Source: Planktothrix sp. GU0601_MAG3 (GTDB lineage Bacteria; Cyanobacteriota; Cyanobacteriia; Cyanobacteriales; Microcoleaceae). Taken from it: a DNA stretch of 64,000 nt. Of this stretch, positions 23,782 to 34,783 are shown one piece after another (the first letter of the stretch is position 1; every line of letters starts with the position of its first letter). The notes below the pieces were generated by a model that saw nothing but the letters and a program-made list of their open reading frames with translations, was not told where the DNA came from and ran no database searches. The DNA lies in assembly GCA_035193785.1 (NCBI GenBank), contig CP136572.1, positions 2,196,578 through 2,260,577 of the forward strand. The letters are read 5' to 3'. Position numbers and translations under genes: made by a program.

Positions 23782-25003
23782 ATGACTGAAACCGCAAACC
23801 CGCATCTGTATCCTTGGTGGAGGCTTTGGTGGACTGTACACCGCCTTACGTTTGAGTCAACTTCCTTGGCAAAAATCGGAACAACCGGAAATTGTTCTCG
23901 TGGATCAAAATGACCATTTTTTGTTTTTACCTTTGTTGTATGAATTACTGACCAATGAACTGCAAACCTGGGAAATTGCCCCCGCCTTTGAAGATCTATT
24001 AAAAGATACCAATGTGCGTTTTTGTCAAGGAGTAGTTAGTCAAATTGAGATCGATAGTAAACAGGTTAAACTAGAAAATAATACAGTTATTTCCTATGAT
24101 TATTTAGTTTTAGCCTTGGGAGGAGAAACACCTTTAGATTTAGTTCCAGGGGCGAAAGAAAATGCTATTCCCTTCCGAACTATTGCCAATGCCTATCATT
24201 TAGAAGAACAGTTACGACGATTAGAAACCTTAGAGCAAGATAAAGTTAGAATAGCCATTGTAGGCGGCGGTTATAGCGGGGTAGAACTCGCCTGTAAATT
24301 AGCCGATCGCCTAGGAACAAAAGGACGAATTAGAATTATTGAACAAGCGGAAGAAATCCTCAAAAATTCGCCAGAATTTAATCGGGAAACAGCTAGAACT
24401 GCCTTATTAAATCGCCAGGTTTGGATAGACTTAGAAACCACGGTGGCGACGGTGGAAGCGAATAAAATTTCCCTAGAATATCGAGGTGAAATTGATGAAA
24501 TACCAGTGGATTTAGTGTTATGGACGGTGGGAACCAAGATGTCTCCGGTGGTGCGATCGCTGCCTTTAAAACACAATGAACGGGGTCAACTCATCACCAC
24601 ATCAACCTTACAATTAATTGATCATCCTGAAATTTTTGCCCTAGGAGATTTAGCAGAATCTCAAGACGCCGACGGTCAAAAAATTCCCACCACAGCCCAA
24701 GCCGCTTTTCAACAAGCTGATTATACCGGATGGAATCTTTGGGCATTATTAACGGGAAGACCCCTATTACCTTTCCGATATATTAATTTAGGGGAAATGA
24801 TGACATTAGGAACTGATAACGCTACCTTAACAGGTTTAGGCATAAAATTAGATGGTCAATTTGCCCATTTAACCCGGCGTTTAATCTATTTATATCGCTT
24901 CCCCACCTTTGAGCATCAAATCCGAGTGGCGTTTAATTGGATGACCAGACCTTTGCAGGATTTATTAATTTCAATTGATCAAAAAATGGGAGATAGAGAA
25001 TAA
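23782..25003 (+). CDS. ndbB: Type II NAD(P)H dehydrogenase, NdbB-like (frameshift near 23797)
   Basis: RICILGGGFGGLYTALRL upstream of ORF; QTWEIAP; VGGGYSGVELA. Confidence 0.82.
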
Positions 25004-25065
25004 CTATCAAGGGTTTAAACCATTCCCAGATTTCCACCGTTAACCTGACTTTTAACCCACTAATT

Positions 25066-25791
25066 ATGACTAACCCGCAAAATTATAGGATTGAAAAACC
25101 CCGTGTGATTTTTTTAGATGCCGTTGGGACGTTATTTGGTGTGCGTCATAGTGTGGGGGAAGCCTACCGAATAGTAGCAGAACAATTTGGAGTTAATGCT
25201 GAAGCGGAAATTTTAGATAAAGTGTTTTTTAACTGTTTTTTGGCTGCTCCAAGTATGGCATTTCCGGGGGTTGATCCCAGTGAAATTCCCTCCTTAGAGT
25301 TTGAATGGTGGAAAGCGATCGCCGAACAAACCTTTAAAACCCTTGGACTCTATAATGATTTTACGGATTTTTCCGCCTTCTTTCAAGCTCTATATGGTTA
25401 TTTTGAAACCGAAAAACCTTGGTTTGTTTATCCCGATGTTCTCCCCCGGTTAAAATCTTGGCAAGCCCAGGGAATAGAGTTAGGAGTATTATCTAATTTT
25501 GATTCCCGATTATATCCGGTTTTAGACGCTTTAAATTTAGCCGAATTTTTTCAAACCGTGACCATTTCCACAGAAGCAGGAGCCGCTAAACCCAGTGCTG
25601 AAATCTTCCAAATAGCCCTAAATAAACACCAATGTTCACCCCCGGAGGCTTGGCATATTGGTGATAGTTTCAAAGCCGATTATCAAGGTTCAAAAGCCCT
25701 GGGAATACGCGGCTTTTTAGTGCATCGAGAGGAACTCCCGAAAGGGATTGTAGATGAATTTGAAAGTTTAGAACAAATTCCGATATCCTAA
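25066..25791 (+). CDS. HAD-IA family hydrolase
   Basis: FLDAVGTL, LSNFD, AKP, HIGDS..D. Confidence 0.9.
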   Translation: MTNPQNYRIEKPRVIFLDAVGTLFGVRHSVGEAYRIVAEQFGVNAEAEILDKVFFNCFLAAPSMAFPGVDPSEIPSLEFEWWKAIAEQTFKTLGLYNDFTDFSAFFQALYGYFETEKPWFVYPDVLPRLKSWQAQGIELGVLSNFDSRLYPVLDALNLAEFFQTVTISTEAGAAKPSAEIFQIALNKHQCSPPEAWHIGDSFKADYQGSKALGIRGFLVHREELPKGIVDEFESLEQIPIS

Positions 25792-25792
25792 A

Positions 25793-25977
25793 GTAGAGAC
25801 GAGCCACGGCGCATCTATCTACAGGACAAAAGTAGAGACGAGCCACGGCGCGTCTTCTTACTTCCAGTAGAGACGAGCCACGGCGCGTCTTCCTACTTCC
25901 AGTAGAGACGAGCCACGGCGCATCTATCTACAGGACAAAAGTAAAGACGAGCCACGGCGCGTCTATATATAGGACAC
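25793..25977. repeat. Array of five GTAG-type REP palindromes
   Basis: GTA(G/A)AGACGAGCCACGGCGC(G/A)TCT at 25793, 25832, 25867, 25902, 25941. Confidence 0.9.
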
Positions 25978-25993
25978 AGGAGTTACAAAAACA

Positions 25994-27206
25994 GTGGAGC
26001 ACCCTCGGAAACCCCCAGAAGAAACCCAGTCAAAACTGTTCATTGCCGGACTGTTCATGGCCCCTGTGGCCCGTTGTCCCAATTTATCCCTACGGTCAGC
26101 GGCGCACCCTGCGGACGGAAGTGGTTCCCCATCGGATTTGGACATTTGAGCAGGTACAGGGGATTCTGTATGTTGTAGTTCCGATTCGGATGACGGTGGT
26201 AAAACTAGAACAGGGGGGTTTGTTGGTTTATGCTCCCGTTGCTCCAACTCCAGAATGTCTGAATTTAATCAGAGAATTAATCGTAGAATATGGCGATGTA
26301 AAATATATTATTCTACCTACGATTTCAGGAGTTGAACATAAGGTTTTTGTCGGCCCCTTCGCACGAAAATTTCCTAACGCCCAAGTTTTTGTCGCCCCCG
26401 GACAGTGGAGTTTTCCGATTAATTTACCCCTAAGTTGGTTGGGTTTACCTGCAAAACGCACCCATATTCTGCCCCAGGACAGTCGAAATACGCCCTTTGC
26501 CGATGAATTTGACTATAAAATTCTCGGCCCGTTAGCATTAGGAATTGGACGGTTTGCCGAGGTAGTTTTTTTCCATAGGCGATCGCATACTTTATTAGTA
26601 ACTGATACTATTGTTTCTATTCCTAACACCCCTCCAGCGATTGTACAACTCGATCCCTATCCCCTACTATTCCACGCCAAAGATGATACTTTTCATAAAG
26701 TAGAAGATACGGAAACCACCCGACGCCGAGGATGGCAGAGAATCTCGTTATTTTCCTTCTATTTTCGTCCGACTGTTTTAGATACGATAGAATTGGGGGA
26801 TGCGATGCGGGAATCTTGGCAAGCACCCGACCGTTCAAAAAAAGCCTATTTTGGGATTTATCCGTTTAAATGGAAACCCAATTGGCAAGAAACCTTTGAA
26901 GCATTAAGCAGAAATGGGCAGTTATTTGTGGCGCCTATTTTACAAACTTTAATTTTAAATCGTGCCCCCGAAGAAACCTTAAATTGGGCAAATCAAGTTT
27001 CTAAATGGGAGTTTAACCGGATTATTCCTTGTCATTTTGATTCCCCGATTATGGCAACACCGGAGGAATTTCGCCAGGCATTTAGTTTTTTAGAAAAAAA
27101 TAATCATTATGATTTATTACCAGAATCAGAGTTTGAGTTACTGTTAGAAATTAATAATCTTTTAAATAAATTTAAGATTACACCGCCTTCTAAACCTAAA
27201 GTTTAA
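25994..27206 (+). CDS. DUF4336-family protein (start uncertain; probable 5' frameshift)
   Basis: WPLWPVVPIYPYGQRRT, PIRMTVVKL, EHKVF, RIIPCHF. Confidence 0.8.
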
Positions 27207-27871
27207 GGAGAAAAAAACCCAAAAACTTCAGCCATCTCGCGGGTTTGGGTAACTTAATATTTTGTGATTATAATGATAATTTCCCTATCCCCCATCACCC
27301 ATCACCAATTCCCCATTCGTAATTCGTAATTCGTAATTCCCCATTCCCCATTCCCGTTTGAGGGTTAATCCCAAAAAGAAAGCCACAGTCACTAAAGAAT
27401 AGTGGCTATGGCTAGATCAGTTATCAGTTATCAGTTATTTTTTATTATAACAGCGATCGCCAAATTTTTCCACCCCCCTCGGATAAATATTCTGGCGGGT
27501 GGTTAACTTGGCACTTTTGGACGGCTTACCCCATATACAACAAAAATGACCAAAAATCAATCCCAAATGTAATGAATCGCCATTTCTTCCCATCTTGAAC
27601 CGAAAATCTATCAACAACCTCACGGACTAAAAAAGGTAACGGAAACCCGGGAGAAAGACCAGGAGAAAATTCCCCACCTTTGAGGGTAAATCCCGAACCG
27701 GAATCTCGCTGAAGCAAAATTAAAAAAACGTTACAGTATAGGTAAAATTGCAGAAAAACTCCCACAATCAAGGAAGTGAGGAAATCCGTAAACCGGAATC
27801 AACAGGGCCTCTGTTGTCTTCCTCAAGAGAATTTTCCAGTTTCTATGTCCTAAAAAAATGAGATGTGATTT

Positions 27872-28808
27872 ATGTTCAAAAAACTTTTAAAACCCTTAGC
27901 TATTTTTAGCTTAGTTACTGTTTTATTTTTTAGTCAAGTCGATGGTGTATTAGCCGCTAGAAGCGGGGGACGCATCGGGGGAGGCTCCTTTAGATCCTCT
28001 CCCAGTCGTAGCTATAGTCCCAGTCCTGGCCGTTCTGGAGGGGGGTACTACGGCGGAGGCGGTTTTGGATTTCCTTTCCTAATCCCCTTCTTTGGCTTTG
28101 GTGGGGGTGGGTTATTTTCCCTGCTAATTTTTATGGCGCTCGCCGGGTTTCATCTTCAACAGTATTCGGTCAGCCATCGGACAAGGACAGGATGAACAGG
28201 GATATGGCAGTAACCCGGCGGTTTCTGTAGCCCGTTTGCAAGTGGGGTTACTGGCCCAAGCTCGAAATTTACAAGGGGATTTAGACCGCATGGCCCAAAC
28301 CGCCGATACGGGTTCGGCCAACGGTCGCGCCCAAGTTTTACAGGAGGCCACCTTAGCCCTGTTACGCCATCCTGAATATTGGGCCTATGGGTCTTCGGAG
28401 TCGGAACAAACGGGCATGAATTCGGCCGAAGCTAAATTCAATCAATGGGCCTTAGCCGAACGCAGTAAGTTTACGGAAGAAACCCTGTCTAATGTTAATA
28501 ATCAGTTAATTGGTGGGGTAGCTCCTTCTTTGCAGGGAAATTCAGGAACTTTAGTCAGTCAGACGGGAGATTTAACCGCCACGGATAACGAATATATTGT
28601 GGTGACATTGGTGGTAGGAACCTTGGGAAAAATTCAACTTCCTAAAGTGAATAGTCCTGAAACATTACGTCAAGCATTAAGTCGTTTAGGTTCCGTTGGT
28701 AGTGAACAATTATTGGCCGTAGAAATTCTCTGGACACCTCAAGCTAGTGGGGATACCCTGAGCACGGACGATATGTTAGCGTACTATCCCAATTTAACTT
28801 TGGTTTAA
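27872..28808 (+). CDS. DUF1517-family protein (frameshift near 28150)
   Basis: AARSGGRIGGGSF, QVGLLA, LALLRHPEYW, ERSKF.EETL, AVEILWTPQ. Confidence 0.87.
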
Positions 28809-28815
28809 GCTTTTG

Positions 28816-28836
28816 GGTGGCGCAAGCCACCTTTTT
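28816..28836 (+). terminator. Intrinsic terminator of the DUF1517 gene
   Basis: GGTGGC-GCAA-GCCACC-TTTTT, 8 nt after the stop codon. Confidence 0.75.
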
Positions 28837-28946
28837 AAGTCTTAAATAATTACGAATTACGAATTACGAATTACGAATTACGAATTACGAATGAGTAATA
28901 TTTCCTGTTCCCTTGCCATCTCTAGCACTAATTTAAGGATTTAATA

Positions 28947-30477
28947 TTAGAATTTACAATTATATAGGTATTCATATTTATTATGCAGATAATGAAGAAA
29001 CGGATCAATTTTCAAAGGAGAAACCCGTGACCTGTTCAATTAATTCCTGGGCTGTGAATTTTCGACCATGTTGATGAATATTTTGTTGCAACCATTCTAA
29101 AAGCCGCTTCACACTTCCCCGTTCAATTTCAAAGGGGATTTCAGGATCAAGACGTATAGCAGTATCATAAATTTGAGCCGCCATTAAATTCCCTAACGTA
29201 TAACTTTGGAACATTCCACCAATTAATCCAATATACCAGTGCACATCCTGTAAAACCCCCTCCAAATCGGTTTTTGGAACAACACCTAAATCATTTCTAT
29301 AGCGTTCATTCCAAGCTTCAGGTAAATCGGAAATGGCTAGTTTTCCCTCCAACATCGCTAACTCTAAATCAAAGCGAATCATAATATGTAAATTGTAAGT
29401 AACTTCATCTGCATCGGTACGAATTAAAGAGGGAGTTACCTGATTAATGGCTTGATAAAATTGACTCGTTGTCACCTGTCCCAACTGCCGCATAAACACC
29501 CCCTGTAATCGAGGATAACAACATTCCCAAAACCCTCGACTGCGACCGATAACATTCTCCCATAAACGAGCTTGACTTTCATGCAAACCCGAGGAAGCCC
29601 CCCCGGCTAAAGGAGTTCCTTCTAACTCCAGTGCAATTCCTTGTTCATAGAGGGCATGACCCGCTTCATGAATGGTACTAAATAGCGCCTGTCCCAGATG
29701 GTGTTCATAAACACGGGTGGTGATCCTCACATCATTAATCGAGAATTTCGTCATAAACGGATGCAGGGTCTTGTCTTGGCGTCCTCGATTTAAGTCATAA
29801 CCCAAAGCCTGAATTACCCCAAGACTAAACTTCAGTTGTTCTTTAGAAGAGAAATTTTGATGTAAACAAGAGTTATCTAACTGAACACAATTGCCGAGGG
29901 TTTCCACGATCGCCACTAATTGTTCACGCAGAGGTTCAAATAGCGATCGCACCTTTGCCACCGTCATCCCCTGATCCTGTTGATCAATTAAAGGATCGGC
30001 AATGTGTTCATACCAGGGAAAACACCCGGCATATTCCTGACTCAATTCTAAAGTGGTTTTTAAATAAGGCTCAACAATAGCAAAACTCTGGGCTTCCCTT
30101 GCCTTGGCCCAGGCATCATAGCAGGCGGATTGATGCTGGGATATCTGTGCCATCAACTTTGAAGGAACCCGCACCGCTCGCTGATAATCTCGGCGGGTAA
30201 CACGGATTAAACTGGCTTCTAGGGAGGAATAGGGAAGATTAGCTTCTTCAGTCCGTAAGTCCTCTAAAAGTTCTCCCAAAACGGGATCAATGAATTTTTC
30301 ATGGGCGAGGCGACGTAACGTAGCCATTTGTCGCCCTCTAGCCCGAGCGCCACCGGGTGGCATATAGGTGGCTTGATCCCAATACAATAGGGAAATCGCC
30401 GATTTAATATCGTTAATTTCCGTGAGGCGATCAAGCAGTTCTGTGAATTGGGGGTTGGGAGAGGAAGAAACGGACAT
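28947..30477 (-). CDS. Carboxypeptidase, M32 family (frameshift near 29025)
   Basis: WDQATYMPPGG, HPF, HEAGH, HESQ, IRTDADEVTYNLH, QDVHW. Confidence 0.95.
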
Positions 30478-30487
30478 GAGGAAACGC

Positions 30488-30680
30488 AGGGGGGCAGGGG
30501 AGTAGGGGCAGGGGAGGCAGGAGGATTAGGGGGCAGGGGGAGTAGGGGGGCAGGGGAGGTAGGGGAGGTAGGGGAGGTAGGGGGTGTGAACTCCTTCTGT
30601 TCCCCATTCGTAATTCGTAATTCGTAATTCGCAATTCCCCATTACCCATTACCCATTACCCATTACCCATTCGTAATTCC
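30488..30680. repeat. Compound short-repeat tract: G-rich 8/9-mers, (TTCGTAA)n, (CCCATTA)n
   Basis: Directly visible; the same motifs recur near 23120, 27310, 28850, 55010-55190, 60265-60385 and 63500-63575. Confidence 0.85.
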
Positions 30681-30697
30681 CCAAACCCCATCTTCAG

Positions 30698-31196
30698 TTA
30701 AACCGTTACGCCTCGGGTACTCAGAACTTCTTGTAATTGAGCTTCTTCATCTTTAGTTAAAGAAGTTCTTAACACGGTTTCCACCATAGGGGGCGATTTC
30801 TTCTAAGACTTTATCGGGGGTGACTTTCCGCACTAATACAAAGAGGGCAGAGGTTTTCGGTTGTAAGGTTTCCCCTAGGGATTTCATAAAGTCATCATCC
30901 ACCCCAATATCACTTAAAGCACCACTAGCGGCTCCAGCGGCGGCTCCCACGGCGGCTCCTAACAGGGGGCTGAGGAATAATGTCCCAATTAATAAACCCC
31001 AAAACCCGCCACTAACTGCACCCGCAGTGGTTAAATCAATGGCTTGATTGAGTTTAACTTTTCCTTCAGCATTCTTGACAATTACGGCAGCGTCTTCTAA
31101 TTCGATTAAATGTTCTTTTTGTAATTTAATCAAAGTCAGACGGACTTCTTCGGCTTTGTATTCGTCATCGTAGGCGATCGCAATTAAGTCACTCAT
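30698..31196 (-). CDS. DUF1269-family membrane protein (frameshift near 30780)
   Basis: MSDLIAIAY, LEDAAVIVK, GGFWGLLIG, DIGVDDDFMK, SALFVLV. Confidence 0.88.
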
Positions 31197-31270
31197 GGTA
31201 AATCAATCATAAAATTTGTCTTTGATAGCTTACCATAAAATTGCTTTTTTGCCCCTAACAAAAAAAGGGA

Positions 31271-31452
31271 GAGGGGGCGGGTTTATTAGACTTAACAGGG
31301 GGATGTGATCAATTGTCTCTAACCCTCCCCTACAATGTGTTTTAAAAGAGCGATCACCATCCCAAACCCCTGATCAATTCAATCGTAATTCTGTAGGGGG
31401 GGGTTCTCAAAAAATGTTCGATTCTGATCGATCATTTTACTAAACCCGCCCA
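31271..31452. repeat. Two REP doublets (GGGGCGGGTT / AACCCGCCC family)
   Basis: AGGGGCGGGTT..AACCCTCCCCTAC and GTAGGGGGGGGTT..AACCCGCCC. Confidence 0.65.
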
Positions 31453-31475
31453 ACTAATCAACAAGATATCGGGGT

Positions 31476-34473
31476 TTAGGCTTGAATTACAAATTGAGTT
31501 GCTGTTAAGACAGGTTTATTGGTTAAGGTTAAGAATTTAGCGCCTGTTCCCAAACCTGCGGCTGTGCCGTTTTGGTTGTAGAATAATCCTCCGGTTGTGC
31601 TGTTATAAACAATAGTGGCATCACTGATAGCAGCGAGAGCATCCGTTGTGACGGTAGCAAACTCACTAGCGACAGAAAATCCAGTTCCCGCAATACTGCT
31701 AATACTGGTAAAGGTGGTTTTATCTAAGACAATTTGATCGGTTTGTGAGATATCAAAGTCTGTGATCGTATCCACACCAACGGCAGAAGTAGCAAAGGCA
31801 GCATTGGTATTATAGATAAACTGATCCGCACCGAGTCCTCCAGTCAGAGGGTCATTAGCCGCACCGCCATTAAGATTATTATTAGCAGTATTCCCGGTAA
31901 TTGTATTAGCTAAATTATTGCCTGTCCCATTAATAGCGGTACTTCCAATTAAGGTCAGGTTTCTCCACGTTAGCGGGTAAGGTATAGGTGACAGAAGATT
32001 GGACTAAATCTGTTCCTCCAGAAGCTAATTCTTTGACGATATCCCCAGCATTATCAACAACATAAGTATCGTTTCCTGTACCCCCTGTGAGTTGGTCGGC
32101 TCCGGTACTGCCATTCAGGGTATTATTAGCAGTATTGCCTTTAATAATATTAACTAAAGCATTACCTGTCCCATTAATAGCGGTAGTTCCTGTTAAGGTC
32201 AGGTTCTCCACGTTAGCGGGTAAAGTATAGGTGACAGAAGATTGGATTAAGTCCGTTCCTTGAGATGCTAATTCTGTGACGATATCCCCAGTATTATCAA
32301 CAATGTATGTATCGTTTCCTGTACTACCTTTGAGTTGGTCGGCTCCGTTTCCTCCATTTAAAATATCGTTGCCAGCCAAGGCATTAATGATATCATTTCC
32401 TGCATATCCATAGAGATTATCTTTGCCAGGAGTTCCAGTGAGAATATCATTTCCAGATGTGCCATCAAAATTTGTTGAACGCCATAATTCATCGCCATGA
32501 ATTCCATCAGTAGCGGTAAAATAAAGAACACCATTGGCATTAATCAGATCGTTGGGTGAGGAACTCCATGAGCCCAGATAAATATCTTTGACTAAAGTTG
32601 TTCCTGCGGTTGTGCCATTACTCTTCCATAACTCATAACCTTTAATATCATCATTGGCTGTAAAATAAAGAATGCCATTCACATCAGTAAAATCACTCGG
32701 ATAGGAACTCCATGATCCCGGTCGAATATCTTTAAGTAAAGTTGTTCCTGCGGTTGTGCCATTACTCTTCCATAACTCTTTACCATGAGTTGAGTCACTC
32801 ATCGTAAAATAAAGAATATTGTTGGCAACACTAAAGTCATCAAAGCTGGAATTATTACCAAAGTCTTTAACCAGTGTTGTTCCAGTTTCTGTTCCGTTAC
32901 TTTTCCACAATTGATATTGATATCCCGTTGAGGAATTATAGGTAGATACTGTGAAATAAATGTTATTTCCAGCTACAATATAATCATTGGGATTATTCCC
33001 CAAGAAGTTTTTAACCAGTGTTGTACCAGAGGGCGTTCCGTTACTTTTCCACAGTTTATTAGTATAGATTCCTAGATTAGAATCGTAGGCTCGAGTCTCA
33101 AAGTAGAGTAGATTGCCTACTGGTGTAAAGTCGGAATAACTTGGGGATGAATTTCCAGGAACTATATCTTTAAGTAACTTTGTTCCTGCTGTTGTACCAT
33201 CCGTTTTCCACAATTCATCACCATAAATTCCGTCATTGGCTGTAAAAAATAGAGTGCCATTAACATTAATCAGAGTGTCTATAGAGGAGCTCCATGACCC
33301 CGCTCTAATATCTTTAACTAAAGTTGTTCCCGCCGTTGTGCCATTCGTTTTCCATAACTCATCACCTGTAATACCATTATCTGCGATGAAATAAAGAGTG
33401 CCATTCACATCGGTAAGGTCGCTGGGATAGGAAGTTCCTGACCCTGTTTTAATATCTTTGACTAAAGTTGTTCCTGCGGTTGTGCCATCACTTTTCCATA
33501 ATTCTTTGCCGTAAGTTGAGTCAGTTAAAGTAAAATAAAGGGTGTTGTTGGCAGCAGTAAAATCGTAATAATTATTATTATTGCCAAAATCTTTAACCAT
33601 TTTTGTTCCGGTTTCTGTTCCGTTACTTTTCCACAATTGATACTGATATCCCGTTGAGGAATTATAGTTAGAGACTGTGAAATAAACCGCATTGCCAACA
33701 GGAATATAATTGGTTGGGTTATCACCTAAAAAGTTTTTAACCAGTTTAGTTTCACTCGGTGCACCATTGCTTGTCCATAATTGATTTGTATAGATCCCCA
33801 GGTTAGAATCATAAGTTCTAGCTTCAAAGTAAAGAGTGTTGTTTGCCTTCGTAAACTCGCTATAATTGGGATATGAACTTCCGGGGACAATATCTTTTAG
33901 GAGTTCTGCACCCAATACAGAGGGATAAGTAGAGATTACTTCCGGTTCAAATGCTAAGGAAATATTGAGATCTCCTGTGGTAATTTCTAAATCCCAATCT
34001 CCTCCTAATTGAGAATTTCCTGTGACATCATCTGAAGCGGCAATGATAGATTGGGTTAGGTGACTTAATTGTTGAATAAAAACTTGATCTTTTCCGATTT
34101 CACACCCATATAATAACAAATAAGGAGATGACCAGGTTTGCAATTGTGGAGTATAATATTCTAAGGTTTCTAAATTCAACATACTGTTTCCTAAGAATAG
34201 GCAACCCGGCATTCCATGAGAAACAATATGAATCGCTTGCAGATGGGAGTGAGATTTTAAAATCGAGGTAATTTGGGCAATTCCGTCTTCTTGAGGATGT
34301 AAGATATAAACGGCTGCATTGGGTTTAGTTCCGGCAATTAATTGTTCGATGTCAGAAATATTAGAGTCAATAAAGATGATCTCTTGAGTTTCATTCAAGA
34401 TAGATAAATCTGGGTTTACTTTTGATTGCAAGTGATGAAATTTGCTTTGGGGGAGATGTGTAACTGAATACAT
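31476..34473 (-). CDS. Secreted protein: DUF4347 + ELWxxDGT beta-propeller repeats + RTX Ca-binding repeats (frameshift near 31960)
   Basis: IHIVSHG.PG, LLLYGC, GGDWDLE; repeated ELWKSDGT; GNDILNGGNGADQL; C-terminus FVIQA. Confidence 0.88.
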
Positions 34474-34660
34474 GAGATTGATATGATAGAAGTTATCAAT
34501 GCGGTAAGATCCAGTTGAGAAGCAGTGAAGCTCGGTTTCTCGGCTGTATGATTCCTACAACTGAAATGCCGCGATCGCATTATAGCTCAAGAACAGAATG
34601 GTAGTGTATATTGCTCTCCACAATTTTGACTATTCTGTTTTTTTATTTGACTCTCCCTAA

Positions 34661-34695
34661 ACTGATGCAAGAAGATTTATTCTTCTTGCATCAGT
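34661..34695 (-). terminator. Hairpin downstream of the S8 peptidase gene
   Basis: Perfect 15-bp inverted repeat ACTGATGCAAGAAGA / TCTTCTTGCATCAGT. Confidence 0.6.
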
Positions 34696-34783
34696 AAATT
34701 ATTACCCCTACAGTCTCCAGTAATATTGTTGTTTTGCTTGACAACTATTCAAATTAGAGTCAAACACAACAACACAGTTAAAT

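Noticed and set aside
25793..25977. Mini-CRISPR
   Set aside because: Linkers are short and repeated, and the unit is a GTAG-type REP palindrome
27435..27771. Small ORFs or sRNA upstream of the DUF1517 gene
   Set aside because: No recognisable motif or convincing RBS; hairpins are present but cannot be assigned from sequence alone
30431..30649. Short ORFs over STRR tracts (also 22956-23168, 54985-55312)
   Set aside because: Low-complexity translations of heptamer and octamer repeats
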